From Alphaproteobacteria bacterium (GTDB lineage: Bacteria > Pseudomonadota > Alphaproteobacteria > ATCC43930 > CGMCC-115725), in NCBI GenBank assembly GCA_019244535.1, contig JAFASL010000782.1, forward strand, positions 1 to 38,159: a stretch of DNA of 38,159 bases, given 5' to 3'. Within the stretch, counting starts at the first letter, position 1. Every line of letters starts with the position of its first letter. Below are positions 14,456 through 21,431 of the stretch, piece after piece. Both the position numbers and the translations under genes were made by a program. Under the pieces are notes generated by a model. That model ran no database searches. It had not been told where the DNA came from and worked only from the letters and a program-made list of their open reading frames with translations.

Positions 14456-16414
14456 ATGGCAGTGCAAGTCTCCTGGCCCGGCGTCTACATCGAGGAATTC
14501 GCGCCGGCCGCGCCGATCCAGGGCGTCAGTACCAGCACGCCGGCGTTCATCGGCGTGGCCGCGAGCGGGCCTTTGCGCGTGCCGACATTGCTGACCAGCT
14601 GGGACGCGTTCAAAACAGGTTTCGGCGCGTTGCCCGTCCACGGTTTCTTCCTGTGGTACGCCGTGCGCGGTTTTTTCGAGAATGGCGGCCAGGATTGCTA
14701 TGTCGTGCGTGCCAGCAACGGCGCGTACGGCACGCTGGTCGTCGACACCCGGACCGGCGGATTGCCGCTCTTCACGGTCAGCGCGCGTCAGCCGGGAGCC
14801 GCAGTGATCGGCATTACGATTGCCAATCAGCACCTGCTGGACAGCGCCAATACCACTCTGTTCCGTCCCACCGGCGCACTGACCGCCGCCGCGGCAGTGG
14901 GCGACAAGCAGATTGTGATGAGCCTCGCCGATGCTGCAAAATTCCGTCCGGGAGACGTGATTACGATCGCCGCCGACGGTGAGAGCCTGCAGGTCGCGCG
15001 CGTCAGCACTGCCGGCGGGGTCGGCACCCTGCTGCTCAGCTCGCCGCTCGCCAATCCTTATGCGATCGCCGATGTCGCGCGGCTCGCCAACACCCCGGTC
15101 GGCGCGACGACCTTCCGTCTGTCCTCAACGGTCGCGATCCCCGCCGGCGCACTGGTCGCCGGGACGATGCTGACATTTACGCAGGGCGGCAACAGCGACA
15201 GTGAGATCGTTGGGTCAGTGCAGACCGAGCAACTCGGCGGCGGTGTCGTCACCTATCGCGTGACCCTCGTGCAAGGGTTGGGTTTTCCGGTCGACATGAC
15301 TGCCGCGGCGATAGTGCAGTCCGAGGAATTCAGTCTGACGGTGACGCAGGGCGCGGGCAGTCAGGTCTATAGCGGTCTTGCTACCGATAACAGCCACCCC
15401 CGCAACTACCTCGCAGTAGTCAATGGCGATGCGAGCGGCCTCGTTACGATCACGCCGCAACAGCCGCCGCCACCCGTTCCGATGCCAGGCAATATGCCGG
15501 CTGCGGCGGCAGCCAATCTCGCAGGCGGCGCAGCCGAGGACCTGACAACCCTTACCGATCAGAATTTCATCGACGCGCTTGACACATTGCACGGCATCTC
15601 CGACGTCAACATGATCGCGGTACCCGACCGCATCACCGCGGCAGTGCAGCAGGCGATGATCGCCCAGTGCGAGCTGCTCGCCGACCGGTTCGGCGTGCTC
15701 GACGCCCACCCCGGGCTGGACCCGTTCGCGCCGGCGCAATTGCCGGCGCAGCGCGCCGGGCTGGACTCGGCCCGCGGTTATGCCGCGCTCTACTACCCTT
15801 GGCTGATGGTGCCGCCTGCCGGGAGCGGCGACCCCATTCTGGTACCTCCTTCCGGTCACACCTGCGGCATCTTTGCACTCACCGATCAGACGCGCGGGGT
15901 CTTCAAAGCGCCGGCCAATGCCACGGTCAATGGCGCAGTCGGGCTGGAGCGGGTGCTGAGCGACATCGACCAGGGCATCCTGAACCTCGAAGGCATCAAC
16001 TGCTTCCGGGTGTTTCAGACCGGCGGCCGGCCGTATCTGTGGGCGGCACGCAGCACCGCCACCGATGCAAACTGGCAATACGTCAACATCAGGCGGCTGT
16101 TCATCTATCTCGAAAAATCGATCCAGGAGGGCATCCGCTGGGCCGTCTTCGAGCCCAACAACACCCAACTCTGGAACAAGCTGAAGCGATCGATCGGCGC
16201 CTTTTTGAACCAGGCTTGGCGTGACGGGGCGCTGTTCGGCGACAAGGCCACCGACGCCTATTACGTGCGCATCGACGAGGTGCTGAACCCGTTCTCCGAG
16301 CAGCAGCTCGGCCGGCTGCACATCGAAATCGGCGTCAGGCCCAGCTACCCCGCGGAGTTCATCATCGTGCGCATCGGCATCTGGGCCGGCGGCTCGGATG
16401 TCAGCGAGACCTAG
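14456..16414 (+). CDS. Contractile tail sheath protein (Afp2-4/Pvc2-4-like)
   Basis: ATG 14456 is preceded by GAGGGAA. The N-terminus is typical of sheaths (SWPGVYIEEFAPAAPIQGVSTSTPAFIGVA). The C-terminal block is conserved (YYPWLMV...GIFALTDQTRGVFKAPANA...INCFRVF...GRPYLWAARS). Confidence 0.95.
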   Translation: MAVQVSWPGVYIEEFAPAAPIQGVSTSTPAFIGVAASGPLRVPTLLTSWDAFKTGFGALPVHGFFLWYAVRGFFENGGQDCYVVRASNGAYGTLVVDTRTGGLPLFTVSARQPGAAVIGITIANQHLLDSANTTLFRPTGALTAAAAVGDKQIVMSLADAAKFRPGDVITIAADGESLQVARVSTAGGVGTLLLSSPLANPYAIADVARLANTPVGATTFRLSSTVAIPAGALVAGTMLTFTQGGNSDSEIVGSVQTEQLGGGVVTYRVTLVQGLGFPVDMTAAAIVQSEEFSLTVTQGAGSQVYSGLATDNSHPRNYLAVVNGDASGLVTITPQQPPPPVPMPGNMPAAAAANLAGGAAEDLTTLTDQNFIDALDTLHGISDVNMIAVPDRITAAVQQAMIAQCELLADRFGVLDAHPGLDPFAPAQLPAQRAGLDSARGYAALYYPWLMVPPAGSGDPILVPPSGHTCGIFALTDQTRGVFKAPANATVNGAVGLERVLSDIDQGILNLEGINCFRVFQTGGRPYLWAARSTATDANWQYVNIRRLFIYLEKSIQEGIRWAVFEPNNTQLWNKLKRSIGAFLNQAWRDGALFGDKATDAYYVRIDEVLNPFSEQQLGRLHIEIGVRPSYPAEFIIVRIGIWAGGSDVSET

Positions 16415-16431
16415 GTCATTGGGAGCGGCAT

Positions 16432-16863
16432 ATGGCAATTTCCGACCCGTACGGCAATTTTAACTTTCTTGTCGAGATCGACGGGATCGTGCGCGCCGCG
16501 TTCCACGAGGTGAGCGGCCTCGATTCGACAATCGACGTGATAGAGCACCGTGAAGGCAACGACCCGGTGATGCGCAAGTACCCGGGTCAGGTGAAGTATT
16601 CGAATCTGACCTTGAAGTGGGGGATTGCCAGCGACACCGACCTCTACAACTGGCATCGCCAGTGGGTCATAGGCGACCCCGCCGCCAAGCGGCTGACCGG
16701 CTCGGTCGTCGTCTACGACCGCCAAGGCAAGACCGAGTTGGCGCGCTGGAATTTCATCAATGCGTGGCCGGCGAAATGGACGGGCCCGACTTTCAATGCC
16801 GAAAGCAATGATATTGCGATCGAGACGCTCGAACTCGCGCATGAAGGCGTCGCCCGGGCGTAA
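16432..16863 (+). CDS. Tail tube protein (T4 gp19-like; Afp1/Afp5-like)
   Basis: MAISDPYGNFNFLVEIDGIVRAAFHEVSGLDSTIDVIEHREGND...KYSNLTLKWGI is the conserved inner-tube family signature. The gene lies immediately after the sheath gene. Confidence 0.95.
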   Translation: MAISDPYGNFNFLVEIDGIVRAAFHEVSGLDSTIDVIEHREGNDPVMRKYPGQVKYSNLTLKWGIASDTDLYNWHRQWVIGDPAAKRLTGSVVVYDRQGKTELARWNFINAWPAKWTGPTFNAESNDIAIETLELAHEGVARA

Positions 16864-16889
16864 GCACGCCAATCCCAGGAGCAAACCCG

Positions 16890-17276
16890 ATGTTCCAGAC
16901 CGAATTCGATTTCACACTGCCCTGCGGCTATCTCGACGAGCACGGTACACTGCATCGCGACGGGATCATGCGGCGCGCCACTGCGGCCGACGAGATCCTG
17001 CCGCTGCGCGACCCGCGCGTCGCTGACAACCAGGCTTATCTGGCCGTGATCCTGTTGTCGCGCGTCGTGACGCGGCTCGGCTCGCTCACTGCAATCAACC
17101 CGAAAATCATTGAGGGCCTGTTTGCCACCGACATGGCCTTCCTGCAGGACCTCTACAATCGCGTCAACCGGCTCGACGGAGCCGGTGAGAACGTCACCTG
17201 CCCGGAATGCCGCCATCAGTTCTGGCGGGAGCCGACCCTCCCGGGGGAATCCTGGGCTACCCCCTCGGTCAACTGA
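16890..17276 (+). CDS. Tail assembly chaperone-like protein (positional analogue of P2 gpE / lambda gpG)
   Basis: ATG 16890 has AGGAG 8 nt upstream. The gene sits between the tube and tape-measure-candidate genes. It has good GC3 and no recognised catalytic motif. Its 3' end overlaps the next ORF by 70 nt. Confidence 0.7.
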   Translation: MFQTEFDFTLPCGYLDEHGTLHRDGIMRRATAADEILPLRDPRVADNQAYLAVILLSRVVTRLGSLTAINPKIIEGLFATDMAFLQDLYNRVNRLDGAGENVTCPECRHQFWREPTLPGESWATPSVN

Positions 17277-17407
17277 CCGAGGAGGTAGCCTTTATCGCCT
17301 ACTATTTCCACTGGCCGCACAGCGACATCGTCAATTTGGAGCACGCGGATCGACGCCAATGGGTCGCGCGCATTTCCGAGATCAACCGGAGAGAAAGCGG
17401 TGAATAA
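17207..17407 (+). CDS. DUF6760-like small protein (conserved eCIS accessory); possibly expressed as a -1 frameshift extension of the preceding ORF
   Basis: The conserved-looking core is YPLGQLTEEVAFIAYYFHWPHSDIVNLEHADRRQWVARISEINRRE. ATG 17207 has no convincing Shine-Dalgarno. The ORF lies in the -1 frame relative to 16890..17276. Confidence 0.65.
   Translation: MPPSVLAGADPPGGILGYPLGQLTEEVAFIAYYFHWPHSDIVNLEHADRRQWVARISEINRRESGE
17240..17282 (+). promoter_or_regulatory. Candidate -1 programmed ribosomal frameshift signal: heptamer C_CCG_GGG (17240-17246) plus a perfect 8-bp hairpin CCTCGGTC-AACT-GACCGAGG (17263-17282)
   Basis: The heptamer fits X_XXY_YYZ in the zero frame of ORF 16890..17276 (ctC CCG GGG). 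Slipping by -1 enters the 17207..17407 frame (CCC GGG GGA ATC...). The hairpin spans the zero-frame stop codon (TGA 17274-17276). Confidence 0.35.
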
Positions 17408-18152
17408 CGCCGGCTCGCCAATGAGGATAACAAGACGCGAGATGCGCGTTGCACGCCGGACCGCATCGTGCACTCTCCTGGGCTCCCGGCCAGTCATTGG
17501 CAACACGGCCGCTTTCGTGCGCGGCGTGCTGCTCCGCCATGGCGGGCGCCGCCCCGTGCTCCAGCCGCTCGACCGCGCTTTTCGGCGCCCATTCTTTGCC
17601 ATGGTGTTCGCCCGTCACACCCACCGGCATGACCAGCGGACAAACTTGAGGATCGGCCTCGCTTTGCAGCCCTTGTTGCGCCGGCGCGAAATCGTCCGTC
17701 CATTCGTAGCCTGGCGTGCCGCCGCACCGGGTGCCGCCGCGGCAATGCCGCCACAGCGCTCGCCGGATCTCGTCACCCGGATTCTCGCCCGCGAGCGCCG
17801 CGTCGAATCCGTAGCGGCGATCCACACGCTGCTCGAGCGCATCGTCCGCGAGCACGACCGCTCTAGGCCGGTTGGGCCGGTCGCGCCGATGCCGGCACCG
17901 CCGGCCCCGGCGGTGCCGATGATCATCCGGCGGCCGGCCGCGCCGCCGCTACCCGGTGAAGCCAGTCGCCCTCATCCGCATGGCCGTTCCGATGTCGCTG
18001 ATTGGGGTGTTCCCGTGGCACCGCCACGACCCGCGGTGCCGTCGGCGCCGATCCCGTTCAGCCCGACTGAGCTGAGCCGTCTCACCGATCACGTCGTCCG
18101 CGCAATCGACCATCGCTTCACCGCGCATCGCGAGCGGCACGGGAGGATCTGA
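17400..18152 (+). CDS. Hypothetical protein; positional tape-measure candidate (P2 gpT position), Arg/Pro-rich
   Basis: GTG 17400 has GGAGAG 6 nt upstream and overlaps the previous stop (GTGAATAA). GC3 is higher than in the mirrored antisense frame. The C-terminal helix reads FSPTELSRLTDHVVRAIDHRFTAHRERHGRI, and the N-proximal motif reads VIGNTAAFVRGVLLR. The composition of the N-terminal half is odd, so the start and extent are uncertain. Confidence 0.5.
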   Translation: MNNAGSPMRITRREMRVARRTASCTLLGSRPVIGNTAAFVRGVLLRHGGRRPVLQPLDRAFRRPFFAMVFARHTHRHDQRTNLRIGLALQPLLRRREIVRPFVAWRAAAPGAAAAMPPQRSPDLVTRILARERRVESVAAIHTLLERIVREHDRSRPVGPVAPMPAPPAPAVPMIIRRPAAPPLPGEASRPHPHGRSDVADWGVPVAPPRPAVPSAPIPFSPTELSRLTDHVVRAIDHRFTAHRERHGRI

Positions 18153-18155
18153 GCT

Positions 18156-18842
18156 ATGCCGATGGAGAAGGCAATCATTACCAATACACTGACCGGCCAG
18201 CAGATCCCGGTGATGTTCAATCCCGAGGAATACACCCTCAACCGGGAAATCAACTACGCCCAGTCGGTCATTCCGGGTCTCAGCGGGCCGGTTCTTCAGT
18301 TCGTCAGCGGCAATATGCAGACGCTCGAAATGGAATTGTTTGCCGATACTTATGAAGAGCACCGCTTTGGCGCCCGCGTGCTCAACAGCGCGCAATCGGA
18401 TGTTCGGGCCTTTACCAACCAGATAACGGATCTGATGAATATCCAGCCGGCCTCGCACGGGCCGCCGGTTCTGCTGTTTACCTGGGCTTCGCTGTCGTTC
18501 ACCTGCGTGCTCGCGCGGGCGAGCCAGCGGTTCATCATGTTTCTCCCCGACGGGACGCCGGTCCGCGCGCGGCTGCAGGTCGTCTTCAACGAGTTCCGCA
18601 ACGTCGATCTCGAAGCCAAGGAGGTAAAGCGCGAAACCGCCGACTTCACAAAGCGGTACACCGTCAATCAGGGCGAGACCCTTTCCGGCATCGCGGCCGC
18701 CAGTTACGGCGACCCGGCCCTGTGGCGGGTGATTGCCCTGGCCAATGCGATCGACCAGCCGCGTCCACTGGCCGCCGGGCAGGAACTGGTATTGCCGAAC
18801 CTGCCCTACCGCGACCCCGATACCGGCGTCGTCTACAGCTAG
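18156..18842 (+). CDS. LysM-domain tube-initiator / baseplate hub protein (Afp7/Pvc7-like)
   Basis: ATG 18156 has GGGAGGA upstream. The N-terminal tube-like fold pattern reads VMFNPEEYTLNREINYA...LEMELFADT. The C-terminal LysM reads YTVNQGETLSGIAAASYGDPALWRVIALANAIDQPRPLAAGQELVLP. Confidence 0.9.
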   Translation: MPMEKAIITNTLTGQQIPVMFNPEEYTLNREINYAQSVIPGLSGPVLQFVSGNMQTLEMELFADTYEEHRFGARVLNSAQSDVRAFTNQITDLMNIQPASHGPPVLLFTWASLSFTCVLARASQRFIMFLPDGTPVRARLQVVFNEFRNVDLEAKEVKRETADFTKRYTVNQGETLSGIAAASYGDPALWRVIALANAIDQPRPLAAGQELVLPNLPYRDPDTGVVYS

Positions 18843-18856
18843 CCGAGGATCTGAAC

Positions 18857-20056
18857 GTGGACGGCAGCCGCTTCATTCCCGATTTCCGCCTCCAGCTCGG
18901 CGGGGTTCCAGTTCCGGCGGAATTGCGCGCCTCGATCTCAAGCGTGACGTTGGTCAGCGGGCTCGAAGGCGCCGATCGGGTCGAGATCACCCTGGTGAAT
19001 GACGGGCTGCGCTGGCTCGACCAAGCAATATTCGCGCTCGATACCCCGGTGGCCTTGCAGCTCGGCTACGCCGATACCGGGACTCAGCAGGTCTTTGTCG
19101 CTCAGATCGTCGGCTTTGGCGCCGCCTTCCCGAGTGGTGCCGCTCCGACAGTGACGGTGACGGCGCAGGATGCACGTTACCGTCTAGCACAGGGCAACAA
19201 GGTGCGCTGGTTCGCGATCCCGATCCCGTCGGTCGGCGATTTTCCGCTGCCCGATGTCGCGACAGCGCCGCTGGTTGCATTGGAGAATCTGCTGTTACCG
19301 CTTATCGATCCGGTCGGCGCCGCACTGTCGGTGCTGCTCGGCGGCGCCGAGGCAGTCTCGTCGATCGCCGATCCGGGCAGTGCTCAGAAATTCATCCGCA
19401 AGCAGGCGAATGAGAGCGATTACGACTTCCTGACCAAGATCGCCAAGGAAAACGGCTGGGAGATGGTCATCGACCACGATGGCCCACTCGGCGGCCACAA
19501 GCTTCACTTCTTCTCGCCCCTCGGCCGGCTCGATGCCGATATCGACCTCGCCTATGGCGCGAGCCTGATGGAGTTCACACCGCGCGTTACCAATGTCGGA
19601 CAGATCTTCTCTGTCAGCGGCTATGTCTGGGTGCCGCCGATAAAGATGGTGTTCAACATCACCCTCGGTTTCGACTGGGACCGGATGGCGCTCACTTTGG
19701 CGATTTATCCCGGCGGCATCGCTTTTGGCCCCAGTACCCCCTCGGCCGACCTGATCGACGATCCGCTGACCTTGGCGACTGCGCCGCGCAAACTGGTCAG
19801 CGAGCTGATCCCCAAGCTCAACAAACGCCTGACGGCTACCGGGACCACCCTCGGCGATCCCGGCATCATCGCCGGAAAGGTTCTGCGCATCACCGGGGTC
19901 GGCGTCCAGTTCGGCGGGTTGTGGCGCGTCACCGAGGCGACCCACACGCTCGACAGTGGTGGCTACCGCACGCATTTCGAGCTGCGCAAGGAGATCTGGT
20001 TCGGCTCGATCCCATTGCCGGCGCAGGGCGCAATACCGGTGCGGGTGAGTTTTTAG
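18857..20056 (+). CDS. Phage late-control gpD-like / VgrG-N (Afp8 N-terminal-like) baseplate hub protein
   Basis: GTG 18857 has GAGGA upstream, directly after the LysM gene stop. The motifs RASISSVTLVSGLEGADRVEITL, DYDFLTKIAKENGWEMVIDHDG and GLWRVTEATHTLDSGGYRTHFELRK are typical of the gpD/VgrG hub family. Confidence 0.85.
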   Translation: MDGSRFIPDFRLQLGGVPVPAELRASISSVTLVSGLEGADRVEITLVNDGLRWLDQAIFALDTPVALQLGYADTGTQQVFVAQIVGFGAAFPSGAAPTVTVTAQDARYRLAQGNKVRWFAIPIPSVGDFPLPDVATAPLVALENLLLPLIDPVGAALSVLLGGAEAVSSIADPGSAQKFIRKQANESDYDFLTKIAKENGWEMVIDHDGPLGGHKLHFFSPLGRLDADIDLAYGASLMEFTPRVTNVGQIFSVSGYVWVPPIKMVFNITLGFDWDRMALTLAIYPGGIAFGPSTPSADLIDDPLTLATAPRKLVSELIPKLNKRLTATGTTLGDPGIIAGKVLRITGVGVQFGGLWRVTEATHTLDSGGYRTHFELRKEIWFGSIPLPAQGAIPVRVSF

Positions 20057-20074
20057 ATAAGGAAGGCCACAGCA

Positions 20075-20722
20075 ATGGCGGAGAGCCTGTTCGAGTTCGG
20101 CTGGCAGCCGGCCGCGGAGAAGGATGACAAGATCTACGGCGTCGCGATTGCGACAGTGATCGACAATATCGACTCGCTCGGCGAGGCGCGCGTCCAGGTC
20201 AGCCTGCCATGGGCACCGGGCTTTGAGCCTTGGGCCCGCATCGCGACGATGATGGCGGGAATGGAACGCGGCAGCTTTTTCATCCCGCAGGTCGGCGACG
20301 AGGTCTTGGTCGGCTTCAACCACGGCGACATCCGCGAGCCCTTCATTCTCGGCGCATTGTGGAACACGCTCGACCGGCCCCCGGCGCTGCTGCCGACCGA
20401 CGCGGTCAATAAACGGATCATCCGCACACCGCTCGGCCAGCAGATCACCTTTGACGATGCCGAGCAGTCGATCACGATCAGCAATTTGCTGCAATTCCAG
20501 CTGAGCCTGGGCCCGGAAGAGAGTGAACTGGCGAGCGCGGGCGCCTCGGTGTCCCTCGACATTGCGGGCAATGTGACCATCACCGGCGCGGCCGGCATCA
20601 CGCTGCAGGCGCCGTCGATCACGATCGACGGCGAGAACGTGTCGATCTCTGGAAGCGCCGGGGTCACGGTCGACGGCGGCGCCGACTGCACGATCCTCGC
20701 CGGCGAGATCAATATCGGGTGA
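20075..20722 (+). CDS. gpV / gp5 OB-fold spike protein (Afp8 C-terminal-like) with a beta-helical tip
   Basis: KIYGVAIATVIDNIDSLGEARVQVSLPWAP...WARIATMMAGMERGSFFIPQVGDEVLVGFNHGDIREPFILGALWN is the classical baseplate-assembly-protein-V / VgrG OB-fold signature. Confidence 0.9.
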   Translation: MAESLFEFGWQPAAEKDDKIYGVAIATVIDNIDSLGEARVQVSLPWAPGFEPWARIATMMAGMERGSFFIPQVGDEVLVGFNHGDIREPFILGALWNTLDRPPALLPTDAVNKRIIRTPLGQQITFDDAEQSITISNLLQFQLSLGPEESELASAGASVSLDIAGNVTITGAAGITLQAPSITIDGENVSISGSAGVTVDGGADCTILAGEINIG

Positions 20723-20733
20723 GGAAGACGCCA

Positions 20734-21012
20734 ATGCCCAATGCCGCCGTGATGTTCTCGCCGACCTCCCACCCGGGCACGGTCGCCGGGCCGGGCGCGC
20801 CGACCGTGAAAATCGCCGGCCTGCCCGCTGCCGTCGTCGGCGACCAGCATATCTGCGCCTTTCCGGTCCCTCCCGGCCATCCGCCTAACATCGTCGCCAA
20901 AGGCAGCGCAACGGTGAAATTTGGCGGCCGGCCGGCAGCGAGGGTCGGCGATCTCTGCGCCTGCGGGGCCCAGATCGAAGCCGGCGTTCCAACCGTGAAT
21001 ATCGGCGGCTAA
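20734..21012 (+). CDS. PAAR-domain spike-tip protein (Afp10-like)
   Basis: ATG 20734 has GAGGAAG upstream. PAAR-type motifs are LPAAVVGD and RPAARVGD, plus Cys/His ligand candidates (HICAFP, CACG). Confidence 0.9.
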   Translation: MPNAAVMFSPTSHPGTVAGPGAPTVKIAGLPAAVVGDQHICAFPVPPGHPPNIVAKGSATVKFGGRPAARVGDLCACGAQIEAGVPTVNIGG

Positions 21013-21026
21013 GACGGAGAACGGCC

Positions 21027-21431
21027 TTGGCGACCGACAGCAAGGCATTTCTGGGACGCGGCTGGGCCTACCCGGTCGCTGTCGATGCGACTGGGGAAAT
21101 CGCTACCGCCGCTTATGAGGATGATGTCCAGCAGGCGATCCGCATTATCCTCGGCACCGAGCCGGGAGAGCGGGTCATGCGCCCCGATTTCGGCACTGGC
21201 CTGCGCAGCCTAATGTTCGAGCCGATCAACACCACGACGATCGCGCTTGCCCGGCATCGGGTCGAGCAGGCGCTGACCTTGTGGGAGCCGCGCATCGACA
21301 CGGTCAAGGTGACCGTGGATGCCGACCCGCCAGCCGGCAAGCTCAACATCGCCGTTGCCTACCGGGTTCGCACGACCAACACGTTTTATAACCTCGTCTA
21401 CCCCTTCTATCTGCAGGAGGGCGGCGGTTGA
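21027..21431 (+). CDS. GPW/gp25-family baseplate wedge protein (Afp9-like)
   Basis: TTG 21027 has GGAGA upstream. LGRGWAYPV...DDVQQAIRIILGTEPGERVMRPDFGTGLRSLMFEP is the gp25/GPW signature. Confidence 0.9.
   Translation: MATDSKAFLGRGWAYPVAVDATGEIATAAYEDDVQQAIRIILGTEPGERVMRPDFGTGLRSLMFEPINTTTIALARHRVEQALTLWEPRIDTVKVTVDADPPAGKLNIAVAYRVRTTNTFYNLVYPFYLQEGGG

Noticed and set aside
17382-17855. 157-aa minus-strand ORF inside the tape-measure-candidate region, with a fairly ordinary-looking composition
   Set aside because: It is in exact antisense codon register with the plus ORF and has lower GC3, especially at 17400-17520. It would be the only reverse gene inside a tightly coupled operon, and the plus ORF has a good SD. 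It is kept as a caveat in the findings.
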